IMG/VR virus record: IMGVR_UViG_3300037308_000350
Span: 6,895 to 70,894 of that record
DNA length: 64,000 nt
Reading direction: 5' to 3' (one strand)
Source: a virus
Of this stretch, positions 40,087 to 48,534 are shown piece by piece; position 1 is the first letter of the stretch, and each line of letters begins with the position of its first letter. The notes under the pieces are model-generated. The model did no database searches. It saw only the letters and a program-made list of their open reading frames with translations, and had not been told where the DNA came from. A program made the position numbers and the translations under genes.

Positions 40087-40667
40087 TATTCACCATCCTT
40101 CGGAGTTACTAAATCTTTAGTTGAGGAAAGATAATCTGCTGTATAAACAATTAATTCCAGAAGGCTATAATCCTTAATATCTTTCTTTGCGGAAGCAGGT
40201 GTCCATAATCCCATATGATTACGGATACATTGATTAATTTCGTAGTATGCTGGCTTATCCGCATCAATATCGTATTGCTTTTTCATTACTTCAGATTGAG
40301 GAATAGAGGCAAAAAACTGTTCTGCGTTAAGGGGATGATTTTCATAATCCTCATAGCTTGTTTTTGCAACAGCAGGATTACCCACTTTGGCTATATCGTG
40401 TAGTATAACAGCCGAAAGGACTATATCTCTTTTCTCATATTCTATTCCCCATCCCACACAAAGTCTATTGGCTAAATATACTGCCCTTTTAACGTGCGTA
40501 ATTAGACCGCCCTCTTTAATTGTGCAAGTAGGATGATACTTTCCAGTAGAAGACGCAGGAGCTTTAAAGAAATAATCAGGAGTCTTCTCTAAGGTATCAA
40601 TAGTCCACTTCTTGATTTCTTCACTTTTAATTAGATTAATTTCATTCATTAAAACATCAGCCTTCAT
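40086..40667 (-). CDS. HD-domain phosphohydrolase (YhaM-like)
   Basis: PAS..YH..GGLITH, LHDIAK, I..HMG, ADY. Confidence 0.88.
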   Translation of the reverse strand: MKADVLMNEINLIKSEEIKKWTIDTLEKTPDYFFKAPASSTGKYHPTCTIKEGGLITHVKRAVYLANRLCVGWGIEYEKRDIVLSAVILHDIAKVGNPAVAKTSYEDYENHPLNAEQFFASIPQSEVMKKQYDIDADKPAYYEINQCIRNHMGLWTPASAKKDIKDYSLLELIVYTADYLSSTKDLVTPKDGE

Positions 40668-40675
40668 ATATCCTC

Positions 40676-41032
40676 CTAAAATTTGTATCTAAAAACGTAT
40701 TCTATTTTATGGTAAGTATCCTTAATCTCAGGTCTGCCAGTGAAGTTAAATATCCTTAAAGTTGCTTTCTTAACTAAGCCATCTTCTACGTCTTTAATTA
40801 CAAAGTAAGGCTGAAAGACATCTATACCTAAAAAGTTATGCCACTCTATTCTTAATTCTGTTTTATTTTGTTCAGTAACAATAGGAGTATTAATATATTC
40901 TTTAAAATCCATTGCTGAAGCTTCATCCATAGGAATTAAAGAAATGCCAAACAAAACCATTCCAAATAATAATATTCCTATGAACCACATTATTGAGACT
41001 TCTAAAAACTCTTTTCTAATATTTTTATCCAT
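40676..41032 (-). CDS. membrane-anchored hypothetical protein
   Basis: N-terminal hydrophobic helix. Confidence 0.55.
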   Translation of the reverse strand: MDKNIRKEFLEVSIMWFIGILLFGMVLFGISLIPMDEASAMDFKEYINTPIVTEQNKTELRIEWHNFLGIDVFQPYFVIKDVEDGLVKKATLRIFNFTGRPEIKDTYHKIEYVFRYKF

Positions 41033-41321
41033 TGTTTTCCAACCATTCTATTATGATTCTTGCGTGGCAATCTTTTGGATAACACCAGCATCCTAATACT
41101 TTGCCTTTTAGTTTTAAAACAGCTCTTTTAAACTGTTCATTATCTTCTATTTTAGCGTAGAAATATTCTTTATACTTCTGTATTACGTCTTCTCTTGAGC
41201 CATCCTTACCAACCTCAAAAGGATTCCCAAAGATAGAAGGTCTTCCTATATAGACATCAAAGGGTTGCCTTTTACAGTGAACAACTTTGTCTTTATATTC
41301 TTTTGGTAAATAAGTTTCCAT
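41025..41321 (-). CDS. DUF4326 protein
   Basis: VYIGRPS.FGNPF..LKGK.LGCWC.P..CHA. Confidence 0.85.
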   Translation of the reverse strand: METYLPKEYKDKVVHCKRQPFDVYIGRPSIFGNPFEVGKDGSREDVIQKYKEYFYAKIEDNEQFKRAVLKLKGKVLGCWCYPKDCHARIIIEWLENNG

Positions 41322-41401
41322 TTTAGCCTTTAAATGTTTGGTAAGCGCAAAACATTATTATCGCTACGATACTTAACCACACTAATATTATTGTTATAAT
41401 T

Positions 41402-42418
41402 TTATTTACCATTTTGTATATAGGCAAAGAAACAGTTTCTTATTTTTTCTTCCGATAATTTTTTAAGCTTTTTAAAATCAATTACAGGATATTTTTCTTT
41501 CTTTAATATATCCCAAAGTTCTTCTTGAATAAAATCATAAAATACTGTATTCATAACTCTTCCAGTATCCTTTTCAGTTAATTGGGGATGATAAGTTTCT
41601 TCCTTTAATTTATCATCATAAATAATACTTCTACATTGAGGGCAAAACCATTCTTGTCCAAAAGTCTCTATCCGAGACCTTAATTCCACTTGACAGCATT
41701 TTGTTAGAGTTAATCCTTGACCATCCCTTATTTTTTCTATTATCTTTTCAATTCTATTCTTCGTTACATATTCTTCTACTAATTTGAGCTCTATATCGCC
41801 CATATTTTTTGGGTCTTTTGTTTGTTGGGCTTCTGCGTAGACTTCATTAATTATCTTTCCCCACTGTTGTCTACCAAATTTATTAACAAAAGCATAGTTC
41901 TTTAATACTATTCCCTCCTGACACGGACTTCCCTTAAAGGAATTAAATTTAAGGTAAGGAGCAAGAGAAATAGGTGTTGGGTTTTGTTCTACTCCTAAAA
42001 CTGGAGAATTCTTTGCTTCAAACATCTTCCATATAGGAAGACAAAGGTAATGGGGAAGATACTTCTGTATTGAAGTATCAAATATATCAAAGAACCATAT
42101 ATTATGGCTGATGCCTTCTGGATATTTTACCTTATGAGGAACAAGCCACTCTCCGTAAAAGATAAAATTAGGGTATTCTTCTACCATTTTTCTTAAAGAA
42201 GGATTCTTTTTAAGATATTCAATTATTCCCCTAAAGTTTCCTCCGTTCTTATCAGAATATATTTCTGTGTTCCTACTGGCGATACATACTCCTTTTTCGG
42301 AATCCCAATATAAGGAAACATTAGCGCCATCTATTTTTTCAAATATATGGACTTCTCCGTTCAGTAATCCCTCTACTTCTTCTTTTCCTATTCTTTCTAC
42401 ATCATCATATTTTCTCAT
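41402..42418 (-). CDS. ATP-dependent RNA ligase (Rnl2-like)
   Basis: EKIDGAN, FYGEW, FDIF, EGIVLK, GKIIN nucleotidyltransferase motifs. Confidence 0.85.
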   Translation of the reverse strand: MRKYDDVERIGKEEVEGLLNGEVHIFEKIDGANVSLYWDSEKGVCIASRNTEIYSDKNGGNFRGIIEYLKKNPSLRKMVEEYPNFIFYGEWLVPHKVKYPEGISHNIWFFDIFDTSIQKYLPHYLCLPIWKMFEAKNSPVLGVEQNPTPISLAPYLKFNSFKGSPCQEGIVLKNYAFVNKFGRQQWGKIINEVYAEAQQTKDPKNMGDIELKLVEEYVTKNRIEKIIEKIRDGQGLTLTKCCQVELRSRIETFGQEWFCPQCRSIIYDDKLKEETYHPQLTEKDTGRVMNTVFYDFIQEELWDILKKEKYPVIDFKKLKKLSEEKIRNCFFAYIQNGK

Positions 42419-42419
42419 T

Positions 42420-42968
42420 TTACCACCTTATTAAAGTTATGATTACTCCAAATAAAGAAGTTAACCCATAAAGAATAGTCTCTGACCAAAGAAGTTTTCT
42501 ACCAGCAAATTCATAGACTCCTAAATCTTTCCAGCTCAATAAAGCGTTAACTAAAATAATTCCAATTGAACACACTAAGTAGGTCTTCCAGTTCTTCTGA
42601 ATCATAGGAATAGAGATATAACAAAGTGAAACAAATATTCCAATAGAAGTCCTTGTTAATACATTAGCCCAGAAAAGATTCCCACAAACTAAATCGTAGA
42701 AGAACTTGCCTAAAATGCTGGGTTTAGGGTCATCTGGAGAAGGTATTCCATAACCAAGACTATAAAGAGCTGTTAAGCCCATTATAGTAAATACCCAAGC
42801 GTTCTCAAGTTGAACATATGCAAATCCGCTTAAGGCAAGAGGAATCAACCAGCGTCTAAAGGCTTTATTTGAGTTTTCTGCTCCACCCAAAGCTCCCAAT
42901 ATTCCACATATAATAGGAAGCAATATTATTCCCAATACTCCTGTTATTTTCTTAAGCGAGTCCTTCAT
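42420..42968 (-). CDS. multi-pass membrane protein
   Basis: Several hydrophobic helices. Confidence 0.6.
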   Translation of the reverse strand: MKDSLKKITGVLGIILLPIICGILGALGGAENSNKAFRRWLIPLALSGFAYVQLENAWVFTIMGLTALYSLGYGIPSPDDPKPSILGKFFYDLVCGNLFWANVLTRTSIGIFVSLCYISIPMIQKNWKTYLVCSIGIILVNALLSWKDLGVYEFAGRKLLWSETILYGLTSLFGVIITLIRW

Positions 42969-43194
42969 TAAATTTCTCCAGTAGTTTTTTTAGCTTTTCG
43001 CACTGAGCATTTAATTTTATTTTTAAATCTGTTAGATTCTGGGAAACAGCTCTATTAATCAAGGCATAGACTTCAAAGTGAGTATAACCTCTTTCCATAA
43101 GCTCTTTACCAATATCCTCAAGAACCTTTTTTTGTTCTTCTATGGGCTGAGAGTTATCTATCTTTGATATTCTATGTCTGACGTATTCTATCAT
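42952..43194 (-). CDS. hypothetical protein
   Basis: Coupled ORF in operon. Confidence 0.55.
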   Translation of the reverse strand: MIEYVRHRISKIDNSQPIEEQKKVLEDIGKELMERGYTHFEVYALINRAVSQNLTDLKIKLNAQCEKLKKLLEKFNEGLA

Positions 43195-43195
43195 T

Positions 43196-43675
43196 TTAAT
43201 TAGTGGCTTTATGTTTCCTATTAAATATTGTTAAACCGTTTAAGTGGTCTACTTCGTGTTGAACAACTATAGCTTCAAAACCCTGAACAAATAATTTTTT
43301 GCGCTCTCCATCTTCTTCGTTCTCAAGCAAGATAGTAGTAGACCTATCTGTGATAACGGTTATATTTCCAAAGGAAAGGCACTGTTCGGTTACTCTTACC
43401 TTTCCGTTTCTTTCCAGTATCTTAGGATTAACCAGATTCATTTTAAAGGTATAATCTTCGGTAAGATTACCGTCTTTATCTTTCTTAGCGCCAAGCCTGA
43501 TGATTGAAACAGCTTTATCATAGCCAATTTGATTGGCAGATAACCCTACTGCTGTTTTGTGTTCCTTTATGGTATCCAACAAGTCCTCTAAGATGTCTCT
43601 TAATTCCTTTTTGTCTGTAACTTCCTGAGTCTTCCTGCTAAGTTCTTTTCTGTCTGTTACTATTTTTCTCACCAT
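43196..43675 (-). CDS. def: peptide deformylase
   Basis: GLSANQIG, EQCLS, QHEVDHLNG. Confidence 0.93.
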   Translation of the reverse strand: MVRKIVTDRKELSRKTQEVTDKKELRDILEDLLDTIKEHKTAVGLSANQIGYDKAVSIIRLGAKKDKDGNLTEDYTFKMNLVNPKILERNGKVRVTEQCLSFGNITVITDRSTTILLENEEDGERKKLFVQGFEAIVVQHEVDHLNGLTIFNRKHKATN

Positions 43676-45148
43676 TTAGAGCTCCTTTACTGTTGAATGA
43701 CCCTTACTTCTTTCTACTAAAAGTAATTTGACATCATCTATCTTGTCAATATTTTGATACGTCAATACTATTTGAAAAGGTAATTCTTTGCAAATCTCAA
43801 TAAATTTTAAAAGATTAACTTTATCAAGATTAGAGATTCCTTCATCTATAATAATTATTCCATCCAGATTCTTCTGGAGAAGTAAAGCAAGTTTAAAGGT
43901 AGCTGATAAAAATATACGCTGTCCAGCAGATAGTTGCATATAGCGCCTTGAAGCTCCATTATCCTGAAGCTCTAAGAAATCTGAAGTAGGTAAAAACTTT
44001 ACAGCGAGATTTACATTGCGTAAAAGATTATTGATTATGACTTCCAGATTCTTTAGCCATTCTCCTATATATACTCCAGCGAAAGTATCAATCGTCTTAA
44101 CAGCTTCATTGTAGACAACTACATCTTTCTTTGTATACTTATAGTCCTTAAACTTCATAGCTTCAACTAACTTCATTTGAAACTCTTTTGTCTTTAAAGA
44201 TTTTTGATTAGCGAAATTTAAAATAGAAGTAGCTTTTTCTAAATCAACCTGAGTTCTATTTAATTGTTCTTCGGTAAGAGATACTTCCTCATTGAGTTGT
44301 CCAATAATATTTATTCTTTCATCAGTCATTTTTACTACTTCTTCTTTTGTTATTCCCCTACCGCAAAGTGGACATTTGTTTTCGCCAAGATTAATGAGTT
44401 CTTTTTCTGTTCTTTCAATAGTATTTTTCTTAAATTGAATACTGCTTTTCATTTCATTAATCATTTTATTAAGCTGGCGACAAATATCTTCCGCTTTTTG
44501 ATATTGAGCCACTAAAGATTTCTGACCCTCATCAAGAACTTTCTTCCTGCGGTCTGAGAGATGAAATTTATATACCTTCTTATCAATATTAAATTGTTCC
44601 CTATCCAATTTCTTCTTTAAGAGCTTCTGCCTGAGACTGGTAAAATAATCCTCAAGGAATCCCATTAAAGTCTTCTTCAGGGTAACAATGCTTCGTGAGT
44701 CTTTACAATAATCAAGGAGGTTAATCCCTTCTGAGACATCTATAGTCCTAAACTGTTTAAATTGCTTAAGGTCTCCAAAAACCTCATCAATGAAGCCCTG
44801 CTTTAAAGGAATAGTGTTTGCCTTATATTCTTCCCCATTTACCCATATCTCAAGCCCTGTGGGTAAAATACGCCTTATTCTATAGAGAATTCCCTTGTTT
44901 TCGGCATCTATTTCAACAAAGCCACCCTTTTCCCCTTCCCTCAGTAAATCTTTCGCTGTGAGCCCTTCTAAGCTTCCGTAGAAGACAAATTCAAGGGCAT
45001 TTCGGCTGAATACGGTCTTTCCGCTACCGTTTGAGCTGTTATTTGGGTCGTCATTGTTGCGCCCAATAACGATATTGAGCTTATCCAGACCTATTTCTAA
45101 GTCCTTGTAAATCTGAAAGTTATGGAGTTTTACGCTTTTTATTACCAT
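43676..45148 (-). CDS. SbcC/Rad50/gp46-like ABC ATPase
   Basis: NGSGKT Walker A, CPLCG hook, LSAGQ signature, IIIDEG, LD. Confidence 0.9.
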   Translation of the reverse strand: MVIKSVKLHNFQIYKDLEIGLDKLNIVIGRNNDDPNNSSNGSGKTVFSRNALEFVFYGSLEGLTAKDLLREGEKGGFVEIDAENKGILYRIRRILPTGLEIWVNGEEYKANTIPLKQGFIDEVFGDLKQFKQFRTIDVSEGINLLDYCKDSRSIVTLKKTLMGFLEDYFTSLRQKLLKKKLDREQFNIDKKVYKFHLSDRRKKVLDEGQKSLVAQYQKAEDICRQLNKMINEMKSSIQFKKNTIERTEKELINLGENKCPLCGRGITKEEVVKMTDERINIIGQLNEEVSLTEEQLNRTQVDLEKATSILNFANQKSLKTKEFQMKLVEAMKFKDYKYTKKDVVVYNEAVKTIDTFAGVYIGEWLKNLEVIINNLLRNVNLAVKFLPTSDFLELQDNGASRRYMQLSAGQRIFLSATFKLALLLQKNLDGIIIIDEGISNLDKVNLLKFIEICKELPFQIVLTYQNIDKIDDVKLLLVERSKGHSTVKEL

Positions 45149-45392
45149 TTTTCTCCTCTATAACATACTGTTTCATAAGGGATGTTGAAAGAACTTCAAT
45201 AACCGCTACTGCCTCCTCAATCATCAGGTTAAACTTCCAGAGCTCTTTATTCTTTTTGATACAGAGCCTATAGTGGTCGTGAGGAGGATTAGGATTCTTT
45301 AAGAGTCCTGAGCATACATAAACATTGTTATTGAATCCGCATATAGAGCTCTTTTTGCAATGTTTACAGGCGAAGTTTTTTAGCTTTTTCAT
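45120..45392 (-). CDS. Cys-rich hypothetical protein
   Basis: CKHC, ICG, VCS motifs. Confidence 0.55.
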   Translation of the reverse strand: MKKLKNFACKHCKKSSICGFNNNVYVCSGLLKNPNPPHDHYRLCIKKNKELWKFNLMIEEAVAVIEVLSTSLMKQYVIEEKNGNKKRKTP

Positions 45393-46282
45393 ACTTCCTC
45401 CAAGATAGCACTGACTATCTCTTTATCTATACCACTTTTAACCAAGTATTCTTTTAATGAGGATGTAAAATCTTTAGCTTGTATTTTTTGTTCTTCTTTT
45501 ACTTCCGTTTTTATTGTAGTAAAATTTGTTTTAATCCTGAAATCTATAAATTTCTCCTTATATTTATTTGAGATAGCTGAGAAGGCTTTAAAGTCCTCAA
45601 AAGTATTTATTATAACTCTTACTTTTGTATCTGCTTTTATTTTAGATAAGGACTCTTCATTCTGATAAACTACATCCAACATAGGGTAAGGAGTTTTTAA
45701 TGGAATAAGTTTAAAGGTTTTCTCCATTTCGCTAATTTCCAATAAACCTACATATTTTTTCTGGTCATTAACTTCATCAAACCTAATGTAACGCACTGAG
45801 CCTAAGTGATAAACATTTTTAATATTCTGATACGAGTGTTGATGCCCTAAGAAAACATATTTATATTTCTCTAATTCCTTTACTGACATATCTGCGCCAA
45901 ATCCTTTAGAGCTTTCCTTTAAAGTATAGTGCCCTAATAGAAATTTAGTTGATTTTGAATACTCGTATATGTAAGAATTTGGAACTATTTTAATTGAGGG
46001 AAGTATTACTCCAAAATGATTCAAGACAGAATTCTCTGGAGATATACTTTCGTGAGACATTGCGGAAAGAATAACCATCTTCTTATTTAATTTCTTCAGG
46101 AAGGAAGCGAAGAGGTCTAATTCTGTAGGAGAAGGATTTACCACATCAAAGGTATCTCCTAAAGACCATACCTCAGTTGCGCCAGTTTCATTGGATAGAG
46201 TTATTATTTCTTCTGTTACTCTTTCTATTTCTTTTTTATCTCTATCCTTAATATGTAAATCAGTAAAAATTAAGATGTTCAT
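45389..46282 (-). CDS. SbcD/Mre11/gp47-like nuclease
   Basis: FTDLH, LGDTFD, GHY, LGHQH, GS motifs; next to SbcC-like gene; GNH motif degenerate (AMSHE). Confidence 0.85.
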   Translation of the reverse strand: MNILIFTDLHIKDRDKKEIERVTEEIITLSNETGATEVWSLGDTFDVVNPSPTELDLFASFLKKLNKKMVILSAMSHESISPENSVLNHFGVILPSIKIVPNSYIYEYSKSTKFLLGHYTLKESSKGFGADMSVKELEKYKYVFLGHQHSYQNIKNVYHLGSVRYIRFDEVNDQKKYVGLLEISEMEKTFKLIPLKTPYPMLDVVYQNEESLSKIKADTKVRVIINTFEDFKAFSAISNKYKEKFIDFRIKTNFTTIKTEVKEEQKIQAKDFTSSLKEYLVKSGIDKEIVSAILEEV

Positions 46283-46569
46283 TTATTCTTCTTTCGTTTT
46301 GGAGGATTCTTAGTAGGAAGCTTATAAGTCTTCTCCAATTCATTCATCATTAAAACCATTTTTTCAAACCTACCATCAAAAATCTTATCCATAAGCGTCT
46401 TACAATTATCACAAATTTCTTTTTCTTTATTTATTGTGTTAAATTGTTGCTGATTCAATCCAAAAGGCTTTTGCTGTATATAATTTAATTCTTCTTCTGA
46501 GACTATGCTTAATATCCACTTTATTCCCTTAATCGGCTGTGAACATAAATCACAAAAGCTGACTTTCAT
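46279..46569 (-). CDS. zinc-binding hypothetical protein
   Basis: CDLC and CDNC. Confidence 0.6.
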   Translation of the reverse strand: MKVSFCDLCSQPIKGIKWILSIVSEEELNYIQQKPFGLNQQQFNTINKEKEICDNCKTLMDKIFDGRFEKMVLMMNELEKTYKLPTKNPPKRKKNK

Positions 46570-47083
46570 ATTTCTCCTTATTTAGGTTTAAAAAATATGA
46601 ATTAACTTTTTTATTAAAAATAAATTTTTTAATTTGGTTTAATCGTTTTTTACTTTTAATATAAGGAGTTATTTTTGTTAATAACGCTAAAATTTCGCCT
46701 AAATTATTTACTTGCCACGTTAAACAACAATTAAATTTTCCATTACTATAAACTTTACCAAGATAAAGAGTTTTATAAATATAGTGTAAAGCGCTTGGGT
46801 CTTTTTGAGATATAATAAATTTATAATAATAGTATACTTTATTTTTAACAACTTTTTTATATACTCCAATTGACCCTTCTCCCTCCCAAAATCCAGTAAA
46901 CCATAAAAGGAACTCTTTTAAAGAGTTTAACTTATGCAAAGCTTGAAAATAATATCTTTGAGTAAAATAAAAATTTCTACATTTTATACATCTGTTATGA
47001 TTACCAAAAGTTATCAACTTTCCACAATCACAACATCTGTTGTTTATTTTTTCTACCCTTAATTTATAATAATTTTTATCCAT
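46550..47083 (-). mobile_element. free-standing LAGLIDADG homing endonuclease with N-terminal Cys cluster
   Basis: WFTGFWEGEGSI, ISQKD..L..I..L..G.V; very AT-rich. Confidence 0.8.
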
Positions 47084-47484
47084 TAAAGTCTCGGTCTATA
47101 TTTATTTGGTAAGACTGAATTCCAAATATATTTCATCAGGTTAGGGCGTTTCACATATACTTTTCTTGGATAAGTAACATAAGGATAATAAATATATATT
47201 ACCCACCATAAATAAAGCATACAGGCTAAAGCAAAAGCACAAGAGGTAAGCAAATAAATATCTCTGTTAAAGAACCAGAAATAAACTATCCTATACATAT
47301 CATTTGTAATAGCGATATTAATGAATTTGCGAGAATGACCTTTGGCTGTTTTTACTTGCCTTATCTTATAAGCCTCAAGCATATACTTATAAGCATCAAG
47401 TAATCCCCAGAGAACAAAAGTTACTCCGAAGAGGTTTTTCCACGTTACGCCATTCTTCAAAATTTCATTAAATATTTCTACCAT
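47083..47484 (-). CDS. PQ-loop/SemiSWEET-like 3-TM membrane protein
   Basis: KIRQVKTAKGHS..F between TM helices. Confidence 0.55.
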   Translation of the reverse strand: MVEIFNEILKNGVTWKNLFGVTFVLWGLLDAYKYMLEAYKIRQVKTAKGHSRKFINIAITNDMYRIVYFWFFNRDIYLLTSCAFALACMLYLWWVIYIYYPYVTYPRKVYVKRPNLMKYIWNSVLPNKYRPRL

Positions 47485-47696
47485 TCTCTTCCCTTTTTCA
47501 AGGCTGGAAACCAGTTTTCAAACCAACACTCCCATACGGTTTCTTCTATCAAGGCGCTCTTTACTTCTTTTTTAAAAATACATCCTTGACATCCGTGTTC
47601 GGAAGTTTCTTCTATGTTTATCTTATATTTTGGACACCATTTTAAAGCCATATTTGCCTCTTTGGGAGGGATAGACTAAGCTATCCCTCATATTGC

Positions 47697-47906
47697 TTAA
47701 CCCTTTTTCTGCTGATTCTGAGCCTGACGCTTCTTTGCCTCTTCAAAAATCCTGACCTTCTCGGCTTCAGGAAGCATCTGGTTAGTTCTTACGTTTAAGA
47801 GAAGCTTTATCACTATCTTCATTACTTTAAGAAGCTTTGTTGCATCTGAACCCTCTTCCTTCAAAATATCCTCATAGTCCTTCAGAGCACCTTCAGCGGT
47901 TACCAT
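47697..47906 (-). CDS. hypothetical protein (ORF track start 48143; AGGAGG RBS favours 47906)
   Basis: RBS before MVTAEG. Confidence 0.55.
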   Translation of the reverse strand: MVTAEGALKDYEDILKEEGSDATKLLKVMKIVIKLLLNVRTNQMLPEAEKVRIFEEAKKRQAQNQQKKG

Positions 47907-47986
47907 ATCCGTTCCTCCTATTTGTGTTACCGTTGTTAAAATTAGTTTACCTGTAGCCCTAATAACATTATCTTTAATGGGTGTCT

Positions 47987-48076
47987 TTATATCTTTTGCT
48001 GTTTTCTGAGGTAACGATACGCCAGATACAGCGCTACTTCCGCTACCAGAGTTACTATCACTCCCAGAGCAAACAT
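47987..48076 (-). CDS. 29-aa single-TM peptide MFALGVIVTLVAEVALYLAYRYLRKQQKI
   Basis: Hand-translated; AAGGAGG RBS; hydrophobic helix plus basic tail. Confidence 0.5.
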   Translation of the reverse strand: MFALGVIVTLVAEVALYLAYRYLRKQQKI

Positions 48077-48144
48077 TAGTATCCCCTCCTTCTTTTTTAA
48101 CTAACTCTTCGTGAATTATGTTTAACTTATTTTTCCAGTCCATA

Positions 48145-48534
48145 TTATTGTATAAATACCTTCTTTTTACCGCCTAATTTTTTAGTTGTCCAAACGGAAA
48201 GATTAGAGACTTTTTTCTTTCTAAAGGATTCATAATCTTTCTCGGATACCCAGCCATAACACGATTCTTTTAACTTCGTCATAGTATCATACACTTCTTT
48301 GTGAATATGGTGTTCTTCTTTTGGATGAGTAGGAAACACTATTCTGATTCCACAACACAACAATCCCAAAGTCAAGCTAAGATTGTGCATTGCTCGGTCA
48401 TTCTCAAACTCCACAAGAAGAAATTGAAAAGTAGACCAATTAAACTTCTTCATCTTAAATATTTCTGTAAGACATTGCCAAACACTAATAAAGATTCCGT
48501 TTTTAAATTCAAATGTTCCATCCTTAAATTTCAT
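48145..48534 (-). CDS. hypothetical protein with central hydrophobic segment
   Basis: ORF coupled to polymerase. Confidence 0.55.
   Translation of the reverse strand: MKFKDGTFEFKNGIFISVWQCLTEIFKMKKFNWSTFQFLLVEFENDRAMHNLSLTLGLLCCGIRIVFPTHPKEEHHIHKEVYDTMTKLKESCYGWVSEKDYESFRKKKVSNLSVWTTKKLGGKKKVFIQ

Noticed and set aside
46550-47083. Group I intron housing the LAGLIDADG gene
   Set aside because: Both flanking genes are complete and abut the ORF, so there is no split host gene or room for intron core structure.
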